Notes: generated by a model from the sequence alone, not told the origin. Positions 19,357 to 29,986 are shown, numbered from the stretch's first letter. The stretch is DNA of 64,000 nucleotides from Pirellulales bacterium (GCA_040901675.1 JBBDYJ010000001.1:43618-107617); one strand, 5' to 3'. A program made the numbers and translations.

Positions 19357-22300
19357 CCTTCTCCCACGCCTGGTCCGCTCAGCCGCCAGCCTGTTTGGCG
19401 TTGTGGCCGCCTACTGGGTCTATGCGCAGGCGGCCGTGCCCCTGATCGAGCCGGTGGCGGTCCGTCCTCATTCTTCCCGCGATCCGGGCGGCTTGAGCGG
19501 CGATCCCCGCGCGAACGTCAAGAAGCAGCGGCAAGGGCTCGAACTCTGGTTCGACGAGGGGCAATGGCAGCGCAGTTCTCCCAAGATCGTGGAAACGCCC
19601 CAGGGCAAGCTGCTGTTCAAGGACTATCGCAACTTGGAGGACGGCCGCCACGTCAAGCTCGAGCCCTGCACGATGATTCTCTTGCCGCGGCAGGCAATTG
19701 CCGACGAACAGCAGCGGCAGCGGCGGGCGATCATCCTCGATGCGCCCCAGGGGGCGATCCTGGAGTTCGACGAAAAGTTCGATCTCAAGCGGGGCAAGGT
19801 CGGCAAGCTGATCGGCGGCCGGCTGGTGGGCGACATCACCATCCAAAGCATGCAGCGGCTGGAGGGGCCCGAAGACGACCTGCGGATTACCACCCGCGAC
19901 GTCGTGCTCGACGAAGAAAGCATCACCTCGGTCCACCCGATCGACTTCCGCTTGGGCCCCAATCGCGGCAGCGGCCGCGGCCTGCGGATGGACCTGGCTG
20001 GCGACAAGCCGGAGGCCCAGCGCGGCGGGGGCGTCGGCTCGGTGACTTCGTTCGAGCTGGCTTCGCACGTCCGCATGCTGATCCATCCCGGCGGCGGCGA
20101 CTTTTTTCCAGGTGCAACCGGGCAACCGCCGGCCGGCCCCAAGCCGCCGGTCGAGATCAGGTGCCGCGGACCATTCCGCTTCGATTTGCGTGAGTACGTC
20201 GCCACGTTCCGCGACGACGTCGACGTGCTGCGGATCCAGCCCACCGGGCCAAGCGACCAACTGACCTGCCAGACGCTCGACGTGCGCTTCGAGGCCGAGG
20301 ATGCCGGGCCGGACGGTGCAGCGGCGGCAGGCGCCACGCCGTCGCTTCCCAAGCTGCGCCCCAGCCAGATCACGGCCATTGGAAATCCGGTGGTCGTCAA
20401 CTCCCCCTCCAACAAGGTGCGGGCACGTGGCCAGCGGCTCGAATACGACGTGAACAAGGGGAGCGGCAAGCTTTCCGGCCAACACGAGGTCAGCCTGGTC
20501 CAGGAGGGCGGGCCGGGCGGCGGCACCCAAGAGATTCATGCCCGCGCGTTGTACTTCGAGCCCGACCCCAACGATCGATCGGGACGCCTGGGCGTCTTTC
20601 TGGCCAGCGGCGCCGGCTGGCTCAAGGCCGACGTGCCTTCCCAACCCGCTCAGCACGTCGATGCCCGCTGGACGCATTCGCTGCACTTCAGGCCGCACGA
20701 AGAGATTCAACTCCTCTCGGTCAAGGGCGAGGCCCAGGTCCACTTGCCCGCCAGCGGAGCGCTCTCGGCCGACGAGATCCATCTTTGGCTCAACCAGCAG
20801 GCATCCGCCGCGGCCGGACCCGGCGGGTTCACGCCCGATCGCTTGCTGGCTCGCGGCGCCGTCAGGATCGAGTCGGCCCAGCTCGACGGCGCTGTCCAGC
20901 GGCTGGAAGTCTGGTTCGTGCACCCCGCCCCAGCGGCCGTGGCGCGGGCCGGCCCGCCACCATCCGCGGCCGCCGGCATCCAAGCGGATCTGGTGCGGGC
21001 CCCAGCCAACCGCGGTCCTGCCCTGAATGCGGCGGCCCGGAGCTTGCCCCAAGCGTTGCCCCTCCAGGGGCCGCCCGTCGAGGCGGCGGCGGCGGTCGGG
21101 CAGCGGTTCCGGATCGCGGGCGAACTGTTGCAGCTCGAAGTCGGTATGGGGGGCGAAAAGCCCCAGATCCGCCAGCTTATCGTCGACCGGCGAGTGCGTT
21201 GCGAGGAAACCAAGACCTTGCACCCGGGCGAACAGCCTCTGGTCCTGGTGGGCGATCGGCTCCACATGATCCAAGGCAGCTCATCGGCGGCCCTGGCGAA
21301 GATCACCGGCCAGCCCGCCCGGGTCGACGCCCGGGGCCTGGCGCTGCTGGCCGGCACGCCCGACCTGGCCGGCACAATTCACCTCGATCAGGCCGCCAAC
21401 ATGCTCTGGATCCACGGCGAGGGGTCGTTGTCGCTGCCGGCCGGTTCGACGCCCGTCGCGCCGGGCGCTGCCGCCAATCCGCTCCAGGTGACCTGGCAAG
21501 GGCAGATGGATTTCGACGGCCGCACGGCCCGCTTCCTGCGGGCCGTCGTGGCCAACCAGCACGAGGCCGACCCAAAGCGGCCTGGCGGGCGTCACGAGCG
21601 GCTGATGCGCACCGAATCGCTCGACGTGAGGCTATTGAACCATGTGCGGTTCGACGCGGCCGGCGTCAACGATCGTCCGGCGGTCGATTCGATCGTCTGC
21701 ACTGGCGGGGCCTACGTCGAGAATCGCTCCCTCGAGGGGCAGCGTCAAACTGCGCTGATGCGGATGAAGGCCCGCGACCTGACCATCGTCGAACGGACCG
21801 GCGACGTGACGGCCCAGGGACCTGGTTGGCTGACCAACGTAAGCTGGGACGGATTGGAATCCCTGGCCGGCGCCGGCAATCCGCCCGTCCGGCCCTCGAC
21901 CGCATCGAAGAACGATTCACAGTTGTCGTACCTGGACGTGCACTTCGACCGCGAGATGAGGGGCAACCTGGTCGACCGGGTGATGCAGTTCCACCAGAAC
22001 GTCCGCGCGGTGTACGGTCCGGTTGCCGATTGGGAAGGGCGCCTCGATCCGGACAAGCCCGAGCGTCTTGGCCGAGAGGGCTTCGTGCTCAATTGCGATC
22101 AGTTGCAGGTGGCCGAGATGGGGGTCGACGCGGCCGGCAACGCGGCCTACGAGATGACAGCCGAGGGGAGCACGGTGGTCGAAGGCGAGATGTTTCTGGC
22201 CCGCGCCCTCTGGTTGCGGTACGCGATGGCCAAGGGTCTGTTGACGCTGGAAGGCGACGGCAAGACCGACGCCCGGTTATCGCGGCAGACGCGCGTCGGC

Positions 22301-22423
22301 GGCGTCCCGTCCGACTTGTCGGCCCGCAAGATTCAGTATTGGCCCGCCACCGGGCATGCGATCGTCGAGGATTTTGGATCCGCCGACCTCAGCGACCTCA
22401 CCGGCATCAAGCTCCGCCGCTAG
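19346..22423 (+). CDS. Large membrane-anchored OstA/LptA/LptC-like beta-jellyroll protein (1025 aa)
   Basis: N-terminal TM segment, repeated beta-rich units, position directly after kdsD-kdsC. Confidence 0.6.
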   Translation: MAPSLLPRLVRSAASLFGVVAAYWVYAQAAVPLIEPVAVRPHSSRDPGGLSGDPRANVKKQRQGLELWFDEGQWQRSSPKIVETPQGKLLFKDYRNLEDGRHVKLEPCTMILLPRQAIADEQQRQRRAIILDAPQGAILEFDEKFDLKRGKVGKLIGGRLVGDITIQSMQRLEGPEDDLRITTRDVVLDEESITSVHPIDFRLGPNRGSGRGLRMDLAGDKPEAQRGGGVGSVTSFELASHVRMLIHPGGGDFFPGATGQPPAGPKPPVEIRCRGPFRFDLREYVATFRDDVDVLRIQPTGPSDQLTCQTLDVRFEAEDAGPDGAAAAGATPSLPKLRPSQITAIGNPVVVNSPSNKVRARGQRLEYDVNKGSGKLSGQHEVSLVQEGGPGGGTQEIHARALYFEPDPNDRSGRLGVFLASGAGWLKADVPSQPAQHVDARWTHSLHFRPHEEIQLLSVKGEAQVHLPASGALSADEIHLWLNQQASAAAGPGGFTPDRLLARGAVRIESAQLDGAVQRLEVWFVHPAPAAVARAGPPPSAAAGIQADLVRAPANRGPALNAAARSLPQALPLQGPPVEAAAAVGQRFRIAGELLQLEVGMGGEKPQIRQLIVDRRVRCEETKTLHPGEQPLVLVGDRLHMIQGSSSAALAKITGQPARVDARGLALLAGTPDLAGTIHLDQAANMLWIHGEGSLSLPAGSTPVAPGAAANPLQVTWQGQMDFDGRTARFLRAVVANQHEADPKRPGGRHERLMRTESLDVRLLNHVRFDAAGVNDRPAVDSIVCTGGAYVENRSLEGQRQTALMRMKARDLTIVERTGDVTAQGPGWLTNVSWDGLESLAGAGNPPVRPSTASKNDSQLSYLDVHFDREMRGNLVDRVMQFHQNVRAVYGPVADWEGRLDPDKPERLGREGFVLNCDQLQVAEMGVDAAGNAAYEMTAEGSTVVEGEMFLARALWLRYAMAKGLLTLEGDGKTDARLSRQTRVGGVPSDLSARKIQYWPATGHAIVEDFGSADLSDLTGIKLRR

Positions 22424-22476
22424 TGCATCCCCGCCAACTCGCTAAAACCGACGCCAACCGCTTCCTCAGGCGCCAC

Positions 22477-24039
22477 ATGTCATCGCACAGACTCGCAATT
22501 CCTGGACTCGTCGTTTTGCTGCTCGCGTCCTCTGCTGTGCGTGCGGACGAGCCCGATGATCCTCTAGCGGGATTCGATGCGTTTGCCGACGAAGCGCTGG
22601 CGGAATTGAAGACGCCGGGAATGGCCATCGCCATCGTGAAGGACGGCAAGGTTGTTCACGCCCGCGGCTACGGTATCCGTCGAGCCGGGGACGAGGCCCC
22701 GGTTGACGGGGAGACGATTTTTCCGATTGCCTCGGTCACGAAGGTTTTCACCGCCACGTGCCTGGCGTTGCTTGTGGAAGAGGGGAAGCTGACGTGGAGC
22801 GATCCGGTCGTCAAGCACCTGCCGGAATTCGAGCTTTATGATCCGTTCCTCACCAAGGACGTACGGATCAACGACCTCCTCTCGCATCGCGTAGGACTGG
22901 AAACGGCTGACTTGGTTGCCTACCGCGGCGACTATGACCGCCCGGAAATCATACGCCGTCTAAGGTTCATGAAGCCAGTGGCTCCTTTTCGCAGCCGGTA
23001 TAGTTACAACAATCACCTGGTCACTACCGCAGGGGAGGTGCTGGAACGTGTCACCCAGGAATCCTGGCACACGTTCCTCAGAGAGCGCCTTCTACAGCCT
23101 CTGGGCATGAGCGGGACGTGCACCAGTCCGCGAGAGCTCGAGGGGCGGGATAACGTTGCCACGCCACATGTGCTGCGCGACGGGCAAGTGATCCCCGATC
23201 CGATGTGGAACCCGGACGCGGGTGAGGGATTCCGCCGCCTCCATGATGCGGTCGCGCCGGCCGGGGCGATCCAATCCAACGTTGTGGACATGGCCCGCTT
23301 TCTGCAGATGTATCTGAACGAGGGAAAACTCGACGGTCGAAAGATGCTGCAGATGTCAACGGTTCGAGAGATGTTTGCACCGCACAGTGTATTCCCCGTC
23401 CAGCCGAAGCCATACTTCGCGTATGTGCGTCTCTTCTACGGCTGCGGCTATGGCTGGCATTTGCGCGACTGGAGAGGGCGAAAGGTCGTTTACCACACCG
23501 GGTCGTCGGGAGCGATCGCCGCCATGATGCCGGAGGAGAACATCGGCGTCGTGATTCTGGCGAATCGCCCGTCGGGAATCGCCGCCATGTTGATGCACGA
23601 TGTCTTCGATCGCCTGCTCGGTTTCCCTAGAACGTGGACCAATCGGGACTGGGTAGAGATCGCCGAAGGAAAACCACAGGCCGAGGCGAAAGCGAAAAAC
23701 GATCGCCTGGAAGCAAGGCGAGCCAAAGACACGAAGCCCTCACTTCCGTTGACCGGGTACGCCGGAAGCTACGAGTGCGACCTCTACGGCAAGCTGGAAA
23801 TCCGGGAGAAAGAGGGATCGCTCCGGATGCAATTTGGTCCGAACATCGTTGCGACGCTCCGTCATTGGGAGCATGACACGTTTCGCGGCAAGCTCAGCTT
23901 CCCGCCCGACGATGAATGGTTGCTTCGCTTCGCGGTCGCGGACGGCAAGTCAGAGCATTTGGAAATTGAACGCCTTTTCTGGCACGAGTCGATGCCGGCG
24001 TTTCGGCGTGTTCGACCGCTGGACCCGCCAAGTGAGTGA
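22477..24039 (+). CDS. Secreted serine hydrolase, beta-lactamase/AmpC-like family, with DUF3471-like C-terminus
   Basis: Signal peptide; ASVTK (SxxK), YNN (YxN), HTG; C-terminal YAGSY...LYG...LRHW. Confidence 0.88.
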   Translation: MSSHRLAIPGLVVLLLASSAVRADEPDDPLAGFDAFADEALAELKTPGMAIAIVKDGKVVHARGYGIRRAGDEAPVDGETIFPIASVTKVFTATCLALLVEEGKLTWSDPVVKHLPEFELYDPFLTKDVRINDLLSHRVGLETADLVAYRGDYDRPEIIRRLRFMKPVAPFRSRYSYNNHLVTTAGEVLERVTQESWHTFLRERLLQPLGMSGTCTSPRELEGRDNVATPHVLRDGQVIPDPMWNPDAGEGFRRLHDAVAPAGAIQSNVVDMARFLQMYLNEGKLDGRKMLQMSTVREMFAPHSVFPVQPKPYFAYVRLFYGCGYGWHLRDWRGRKVVYHTGSSGAIAAMMPEENIGVVILANRPSGIAAMLMHDVFDRLLGFPRTWTNRDWVEIAEGKPQAEAKAKNDRLEARRAKDTKPSLPLTGYAGSYECDLYGKLEIREKEGSLRMQFGPNIVATLRHWEHDTFRGKLSFPPDDEWLLRFAVADGKSEHLEIERLFWHESMPAFRRVRPLDPPSE

Positions 24040-24163
24040 CCCATGGCAGACGGCGCCGCGATTGCCGGATTGTGCGTCGTGATTCGTCTGGTAAGCATTC
24101 ATGTAAGCGCAGCAAGACGCTGAACCCGACAGTGAAGGGCGACGCCGTTCTTATTCCTGCCTT

Positions 24164-25690
24164 CTACCTTCCGTCTCCTTCCTTCAACTCGAACCGATAG
24201 AGGCCGGCGATTTCGGCGGGCGACTTTTGGGCCAGGTTGGTCAGCCGCTGCCGGAGCACGTCGGCATCGGCCACGCCCAAGGATGCCAGCAGCCGGAACT
24301 TGTGCTCCAGCAGCTCATCCAGTCCTGTGGACGCCGAGCGGGCGTGCCCCATGGGGTACATCACCAGGCCGCTCGATAGCGAGCCCAGCGCCTCGTGCTC
24401 GATCTCGATCGACGTGGGGATGCCGTCGGGGTACTTCTCGTCGTACGCCCGGCCGCCGTGGCGAAACTCGATCTTTTCCATGATGGCACGGGCGAGCGGA
24501 TGAAACAGGCCGGCGTCGTCGTAGTCGGCCGGCAGCAGCATCAACTCGCGCCAGCCGCCCCGCCGCCTCTCGAACGCTTTGCGCAGCAGCGTCGCGATAA
24601 TGTAGACCATCGAGTGGTCGGCGCTTTGCCGCGTGCGCGGGTCGCGCTTGGCGGCGTCGCCGATGATGCCGAAGGCCGGCTCGTAGATCGTGATCCGTAC
24701 GCGGCGCAGCAGGCCGGCGTCGTCCACCAGAGCCGGATAACGTTCGAACAAATCCATCAAACCCTGGATGGCGCCGGCCGACTGGTGCTCGTAGAGGCCC
24801 AGCTTGAAGTGCATGCCCATCACGGCAAAGTCGCGGCCGCTGGTCGCCAGCCGCAGATCGAAGGGACTCGAGTCGGCGGCGGGCGGGCCGCCGAACAAGC
24901 AGAAGATGGCCTCCGGGTTGCGGAAGATGTCGGCCGGACCCACGAAGCCTCGCATGGCGCGGCGGACGCTGGCAACCGCCGTCTCGGCGCTGAAGGCCGC
25001 CGAGGCCCCTTTCGAGTCCGACAGTTGCTTGCCCGCGCGGATCGCCCGGAACGGCACGTAGTGGGCAACGACGAGCCCCAGGGCCGACTCGATCTCGTCC
25101 ACCGTCGCGCCCAGGCACGCTCCGTAAACGGCGGCCGAGGCTATCGCCCCGTGGACGACGTGATCGATCTTGTGTTCCTTGAGCGAGAACACTTCCGCCA
25201 GCCGCCCGCGGATCTCGTCCACCAGCAGCATGGCCCGCAGGGTCCGCTCGCCGTCGAGGCCCTGCCATTGGGCGGCGGCCACCGCCACGGGATAAAAGTC
25301 GTTGTGGCCGAACTCACCGGCCACGTCGCCACGGGCGGGGTTGTAGCCGAAGTTCGTTCCGTTGGCATCCCATTCGCGCACGGCCGAGCAGTTGGCCAGC
25401 ACGGCTTTTTCCGGCTGCACCGGCACGTCGGAACCGAAGCAAAATGCTCCGCGGGCCCCAGGCACAGACGTGTATTCGAGTGCCTCGCGCCTGAGCACGT
25501 TCGGCGCGTTGGCCCCGCACGCCAGTGCCGACACGGCACAGGCCATGCTGTCGAGATGAAACCGCTCGACCATCCGGTACACGCTCGGATCCGGCTGGCC
25601 ATGCCTTCCCGCCATGAAATCGAGCGCGTATTGGGCCAGGCCTCTCGCCTGGTTGCCCGTGCGCGGCAAAAGCACGTGGTCTTGAGCCAT
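24164..25690 (-). CDS. prpD: MmgE/PrpD family protein (2-methylcitrate dehydratase-like)
   Basis: VREWDANGT, GHND, IDHV, QLSDSKG, RQSADHS. Confidence 0.85.
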   Translation of the reverse strand: MAQDHVLLPRTGNQARGLAQYALDFMAGRHGQPDPSVYRMVERFHLDSMACAVSALACGANAPNVLRREALEYTSVPGARGAFCFGSDVPVQPEKAVLANCSAVREWDANGTNFGYNPARGDVAGEFGHNDFYPVAVAAAQWQGLDGERTLRAMLLVDEIRGRLAEVFSLKEHKIDHVVHGAIASAAVYGACLGATVDEIESALGLVVAHYVPFRAIRAGKQLSDSKGASAAFSAETAVASVRRAMRGFVGPADIFRNPEAIFCLFGGPPAADSSPFDLRLATSGRDFAVMGMHFKLGLYEHQSAGAIQGLMDLFERYPALVDDAGLLRRVRITIYEPAFGIIGDAAKRDPRTRQSADHSMVYIIATLLRKAFERRRGGWRELMLLPADYDDAGLFHPLARAIMEKIEFRHGGRAYDEKYPDGIPTSIEIEHEALGSLSSGLVMYPMGHARSASTGLDELLEHKFRLLASLGVADADVLRQRLTNLAQKSPAEIAGLYRFELKEGDGR

Positions 25691-25813
25691 CGATCGCTAT
25701 TCCGGATCAGAATCCAAATGCAAAAGCCGTCCCTTCTCCCCGCCATCATAGCCCCTGGATGGACCCCCACGAACAGGTTACGATGGGTAGCAAGGCTTTA
25801 CAGGTGCTTGCCT

Positions 25814-27673
25814 ATGCAGCTCGAACAGCTCGGCCCTTACCGGATTGAGCGCAAAGTGGGTCGGGGGGGCATGGGCACGGTGTTCGCCGCCACCGAGCTG
25901 GAAACCGGCGAGCCGGCGGCCATCAAGGTGCTGTCGGCCGCACTGGCCCACGAGGAAGGCTTCCGCGATCGCTTTGAAGCGGAAATCGAGAGTCTCCGCA
26001 AGCTCAGGCACTCCAACATCGTCCGCTTGTTGGGCTTCGGCGAGCAGGACGGCCACCTGTTCTATGCCATGGAGCTGGTCGAGGGGGACAGCCTGGAAGA
26101 TCAGCTTCAGGCCGGCCGCTCGTTCGGTTGGACCGAGGTGGTCCAATTGGCCATACAGGTCTGCCGGGCCCTGAAGCATGCTCACGACCGCGGTGTGATC
26201 CACCGCGACATCAAGCCGGCGAATCTGCTTCTGGGCAGCGACGGCACGCTGAAGCTCTCGGATTTCGGCATCGCCAAGTTGTTCGGCAACACCGGTCTCA
26301 CGGCCGACGGCGGCGTGCTGGGAACGGCGGAGTATATGGCTCCGGAGCAGGCCGACGGCCGGCCGGTCAACCACCGCTGCGACTTGTACAGTCTCGGGAG
26401 CGTGATGTACGCCTTGTTGGCCGGCCGTCCTCCGTTCAAGGCCGCCAACCTGATGGAAATGCTGCAACTGCAGCGGTTTGCCGAACCGGAAAGCGTGCGC
26501 CGCTACGCGCCCGACGTGCCGGCGGAATTGGAGGCCATCGTCCGCACGCTGCTCGAAAAAGAGCCCGATCGCCGCGTCCCCACGGCCATGGTGCTGGCCC
26601 GACGGCTGGAGGCGCTCGTGGCGCCGTCGCCGCCGGCCGCCGAGGCGCAGCCCGCCGACGACGACGACGCCGCGGACGACGCCGATTTTATCGTCACCGC
26701 GCCGACGGCCGCGGCTTCGGATATTGCCCCACCGATCAGCGATCTTTCCGGCAGCGAGTATCGAGTGGCCGGCGCGGCGGTGGGCGGCGGCAGCCTGCAG
26801 GCGCACAAGGCGCTGCGCAGCGAATTGAACCTGACGGCGGAAATGGCCGCGGCGCCTGTCTCGGCGGAATCGGCTGAGACGCGTGCCGGCCCTTCCGGCG
26901 AATCGGCGGCGCCTGCCACGCCCGCCACACGGTTCACCGTCGTCCGCGAGACCGACCGCGGCGACCTCGAGCCGCGTGACTCGGAGCAGGCCGTCTGGAT
27001 CTCGCCGCAAACGTACGTGCTGGCCGCCAGCCTGGTCGCTTTTGGGCTGGTGACGTGGTACTTCCTGCAGCCTGCCTCACTGGACCGGCTGTACGAGCGG
27101 GTGGAGTCGAAGGCCGCCGGGGGACGGCTGGCCAACGCCGAGCCCGATATCCAGGCCTTCCTCAGCCGCTGCGGACCGGCCGACCCGCGGGCCCGCAAGC
27201 TGGAAAAGTACCGCGAACAGATCGACGTGGACCGGCTGGAGCGTAAGATCAACTTGAGGATCCGTGGTCTTTCGAGGTCGACGCCGTTGACACCGGTCGA
27301 ACGGGCCTACGTCGAGGCGCTGGCGCTGGTGCGGCACGACCAGGAGGAGGCCATCGAGAAGATGCAGGCGCTGGTCAACCTGTATGGCCAGGACGTGGAC
27401 GACGATAGCACGACCACCCGCCAGTGCCTGGAGCTGGCCCGCCGCAAGCTGGTGCAGCTACGCAGCGAAGTCGCGCAGTATGCTCCCCAGCATCTGGAAG
27501 ACATCGAGCGGCAATTGAGCCGCGCCGACCAACTGGCCGGCGGCGAGCCCGAGGCGGCTCGCGCGATGTGGCAGGCGGTGATCGAGCTCTATGGCGACAA
27601 ACCATGGGCAAGCGAGGCGGTCCGGCGGGCCGAGGACTCGCTGGCCCGCTTGTCCGATGCGCGTAACCAGTGA
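25814..27673 (+). CDS. Membrane-anchored Hanks-type Ser/Thr protein kinase
   Basis: GRGGMG, AIK, HRDIKPAN, DFG, YMAPEQ, DLYSLG; TM segment then helical domain; start moved to ATG 25814. Confidence 0.95.
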   Translation: MQLEQLGPYRIERKVGRGGMGTVFAATELETGEPAAIKVLSAALAHEEGFRDRFEAEIESLRKLRHSNIVRLLGFGEQDGHLFYAMELVEGDSLEDQLQAGRSFGWTEVVQLAIQVCRALKHAHDRGVIHRDIKPANLLLGSDGTLKLSDFGIAKLFGNTGLTADGGVLGTAEYMAPEQADGRPVNHRCDLYSLGSVMYALLAGRPPFKAANLMEMLQLQRFAEPESVRRYAPDVPAELEAIVRTLLEKEPDRRVPTAMVLARRLEALVAPSPPAAEAQPADDDDAADDADFIVTAPTAAASDIAPPISDLSGSEYRVAGAAVGGGSLQAHKALRSELNLTAEMAAAPVSAESAETRAGPSGESAAPATPATRFTVVRETDRGDLEPRDSEQAVWISPQTYVLAASLVAFGLVTWYFLQPASLDRLYERVESKAAGGRLANAEPDIQAFLSRCGPADPRARKLEKYREQIDVDRLERKINLRIRGLSRSTPLTPVERAYVEALALVRHDQEEAIEKMQALVNLYGQDVDDDSTTTRQCLELARRKLVQLRSEVAQYAPQHLEDIERQLSRADQLAGGEPEAARAMWQAVIELYGDKPWASEAVRRAEDSLARLSDARNQ

Positions 27674-27680
27674 GACCCAA

Positions 27681-28721
27681 ATGGATTCTTCCACGCCCCG
27701 CCCGCCCGACTCCAACGATCCGGCAGTTGGCGGCGGCTTTCCCGTCACGCGGCTGAGGCGGCTGCGCTATGATCCAAGGATCCGCGACCTGGTGCGCGAA
27801 ACCCGCTTGAGCGGCGCACGGCTGATCCAGCCCTTATTTGTGGTGGCCGGCAGCCAGGTGCGGCGCGAGATCGCTTCGATGCCGGGACAGTTCCAGTGGT
27901 CGCTCGACTTGCTGGAAGACGAAGCGCGGCGGCTGGCCGATCTGGGCCTGGGAGGGATCATCCTCTTCGGCGTACCCGACCGGAAAGACGCGACCGGACA
28001 CGACGCCTTGGACGACAAGGGAATCATCCAGCAGGCAGTGCGCGCAGTCCGCCGGGCGGCCCCCAACTTGCTCACGGCCACCGATGTTTGTTTCTGCGAA
28101 TACACCGACCATGGCCACTGCGGGCTGATCGGCAACTCCACCGGCCGGCCCGACGTGGACAACGACGCCACGCTCGATTTGTTGGCCCGCCAGGCGGTGA
28201 GCCACGCCCGCGCCGGCTCCGACCTGATCGCTCCCAGCGGCATGATGGACGGCATGGTCGCCGCCATTCGCCGCGCGCTCGACGCCGCCGGGTTCCTGCA
28301 CGTACCCATCATGAGCTATTCAGCCAAGTATTCGAGCGCGTTCTACGGCCCCTTCCGCGAAGCGGCCGAGAGCGCCCCGGCCTTCGGCGATCGGCGCAGC
28401 TACCAGATGGATCCCGCCGCCGATGCCGGCCAGGCCTTGCGCGAAGTAGCGCTCGATCTGGCTGAAGGCGCCGACATCATCATGGTCAAGCCGGCCCTGG
28501 CGTACCTGGACATTATCGCCACGGTCCGCCGGCAGTTTCCGGGGGTTCCGCTGGCGGCCTACAACGTTTCGGGCGAGTACGCCATGGTCAAGGCGGCCGC
28601 GCACAACGGTTGGCTCGATGAGCGCGCGGTAGTGCTTGAATCGCTCACCGCCATCCACCGCGCGGGGGCGGGCATCATCCTGACCTACTGGGCCAGGGAG
28701 GTGGCGAGTTGGTTGGCATGA
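27681..28721 (+). CDS. hemB: Porphobilinogen synthase (ALA dehydratase)
   Basis: DVCFCEYTDHGHCG, SGMMDG, FYGPFREA, YQMDP, MVKPAL, AYNVSGEY. Confidence 0.97.
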   Translation: MDSSTPRPPDSNDPAVGGGFPVTRLRRLRYDPRIRDLVRETRLSGARLIQPLFVVAGSQVRREIASMPGQFQWSLDLLEDEARRLADLGLGGIILFGVPDRKDATGHDALDDKGIIQQAVRAVRRAAPNLLTATDVCFCEYTDHGHCGLIGNSTGRPDVDNDATLDLLARQAVSHARAGSDLIAPSGMMDGMVAAIRRALDAAGFLHVPIMSYSAKYSSAFYGPFREAAESAPAFGDRRSYQMDPAADAGQALREVALDLAEGADIIMVKPALAYLDIIATVRRQFPGVPLAAYNVSGEYAMVKAAAHNGWLDERAVVLESLTAIHRAGAGIILTYWAREVASWLA

Positions 28722-29845
28722 GGCAGCCACGACGCACGGACCGATGGCGGCCGGCCGGCACTCGGCAGTGGCCCTGGCCCTGGTTGATCTGCATCGCGGC
28801 CTTGCCGACCTGGGCGAGTTGGTCCGGCTGCTCGCCGCGCTCCGAGCCCGCCGCAACCACGCAGGCCGCCGCGGACGGCAACCAGCAGGCAATTGCGCCC
28901 GAAACCGTCACTCCAGCCGAGCAACCAGGCCTCGATTCTCAGCGGGATGTAGAGGGCCGATCGAAGGCGGGCCGTCCATCAGCTCGTGGCCCTGGCAAGA
29001 AGGTGGCCCGGCCGCGCGGCGATGATCTATCGGTGCCAAACGGCGAAGAGGCGGCGGTCGGCAACAAGCAGGCCGAAGCGACCGGCAAAAGCAAGCCGCG
29101 CACCGTGGCTCCGCCGGATAAAGGGCCCTCGCTCGATCTTCTCTCGCCGGAAGACCAGGAGATGGTCCGGAAAATCGCGAGGCGCATCGAGGCAGAAGGT
29201 CTCGCGGCCTTGAGCTATCCCGAGTTGGAGTTTGCCTCCCAGGGACCCGGCAGGCCGTACCTGTTCGATCGCCTCCGCGAGGCCGCCGCACAGTCGACCG
29301 GCGGCCTGGAAGACGACGCCGCCCGGCTGCTCGACCTGGACGTCGACGCCAAGCTGGCCTTCAAGCTGATCGAGTCGCCATTGGAACGGTCGCGGATCAT
29401 GCGGATCGGCGAGGTGCTGGTCGAACGAGACCGGGCACTGGACGAAGAGGAATTGCGCTACGCGCGTGAAAGTCCTTTCCTACGCGTCAAGCTCGAAGAG
29501 TACCTCCGCTTGGGCATTGATCCGGAGCGAGCCGCCGCGAGGCTTCGCGGCGAGCGGAACCGGCTCGAACAGGAGATCGAGGCCCGCCAGCAGGAGATTG
29601 TCCGCATCAACCGGACTTTGAAGGCCGACGTCCGCTCCTTGGAGAAGCTGGAAGCCCGGCTCAACCGGCAGCGCCGTGCATCGTCGCAGAGCGTCAAGGC
29701 GCTGATGCGCACCATGGAGCTGGAGCAGGAGCTGATCGACCTGGCCGAGCGCGTCGAGGCGCGGAAAGGCGAGCTCAAGTACGTCGAAGATCGCCTGTCC
29801 GAAGCTCGGCACGAGTTGGAGCGTCTCGGAAAGGCTGTCCCATGA
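28718..29845 (+). CDS. Hypothetical exported coiled-coil protein
   Basis: ATGA overlap with hemB; hydrophobic N-terminus ending WSGC; E/R/L-rich heptad C-terminus. Confidence 0.65.
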   Translation: MRQPRRTDRWRPAGTRQWPWPWLICIAALPTWASWSGCSPRSEPAATTQAAADGNQQAIAPETVTPAEQPGLDSQRDVEGRSKAGRPSARGPGKKVARPRGDDLSVPNGEEAAVGNKQAEATGKSKPRTVAPPDKGPSLDLLSPEDQEMVRKIARRIEAEGLAALSYPELEFASQGPGRPYLFDRLREAAAQSTGGLEDDAARLLDLDVDAKLAFKLIESPLERSRIMRIGEVLVERDRALDEEELRYARESPFLRVKLEEYLRLGIDPERAAARLRGERNRLEQEIEARQQEIVRINRTLKADVRSLEKLEARLNRQRRASSQSVKALMRTMELEQELIDLAERVEARKGELKYVEDRLSEARHELERLGKAVP

Positions 29846-29850
29846 GACGG

Positions 29851-29893
29851 CACTGCTTGACGAACGCCGCCGCGCGGCGTCCGTCAAGCAGTG
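29851..29893. terminator. Long hairpin between convergent genes (possible bidirectional terminator)
   Basis: CACTGCTTGACG-A-ACGCCGC / GCGGCGT-C-CGTCAAGCAGTG stem; no clear U-tract. Confidence 0.6.
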
Positions 29894-29986
29894 GAACAAA
29901 ATTCTCCTTCGCACCGCCCGCGGGCGTGCAGCCGAACGCGGCCCGCCCCGCGGCCGCGGGTCCCGACTGACGCGCGCGGCCGAAAC

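Noticed and set aside
20785..22476. N-terminal extension of the 1084-aa beta-lactamase-like ORF
   Set aside because: Off-frame overlap with the Lpt-like gene; the signal peptide begins at ATG 22477
22477..24039. Antibiotic-resistance beta-lactamase
   Set aside because: Motifs place it only in the broad serine hydrolase family; substrate cannot be inferred
24395..25813. N-terminal 470 aa of the 1092-aa kinase ORF
   Set aside because: Antisense to prpD; the kinase domain begins at ATG 25814
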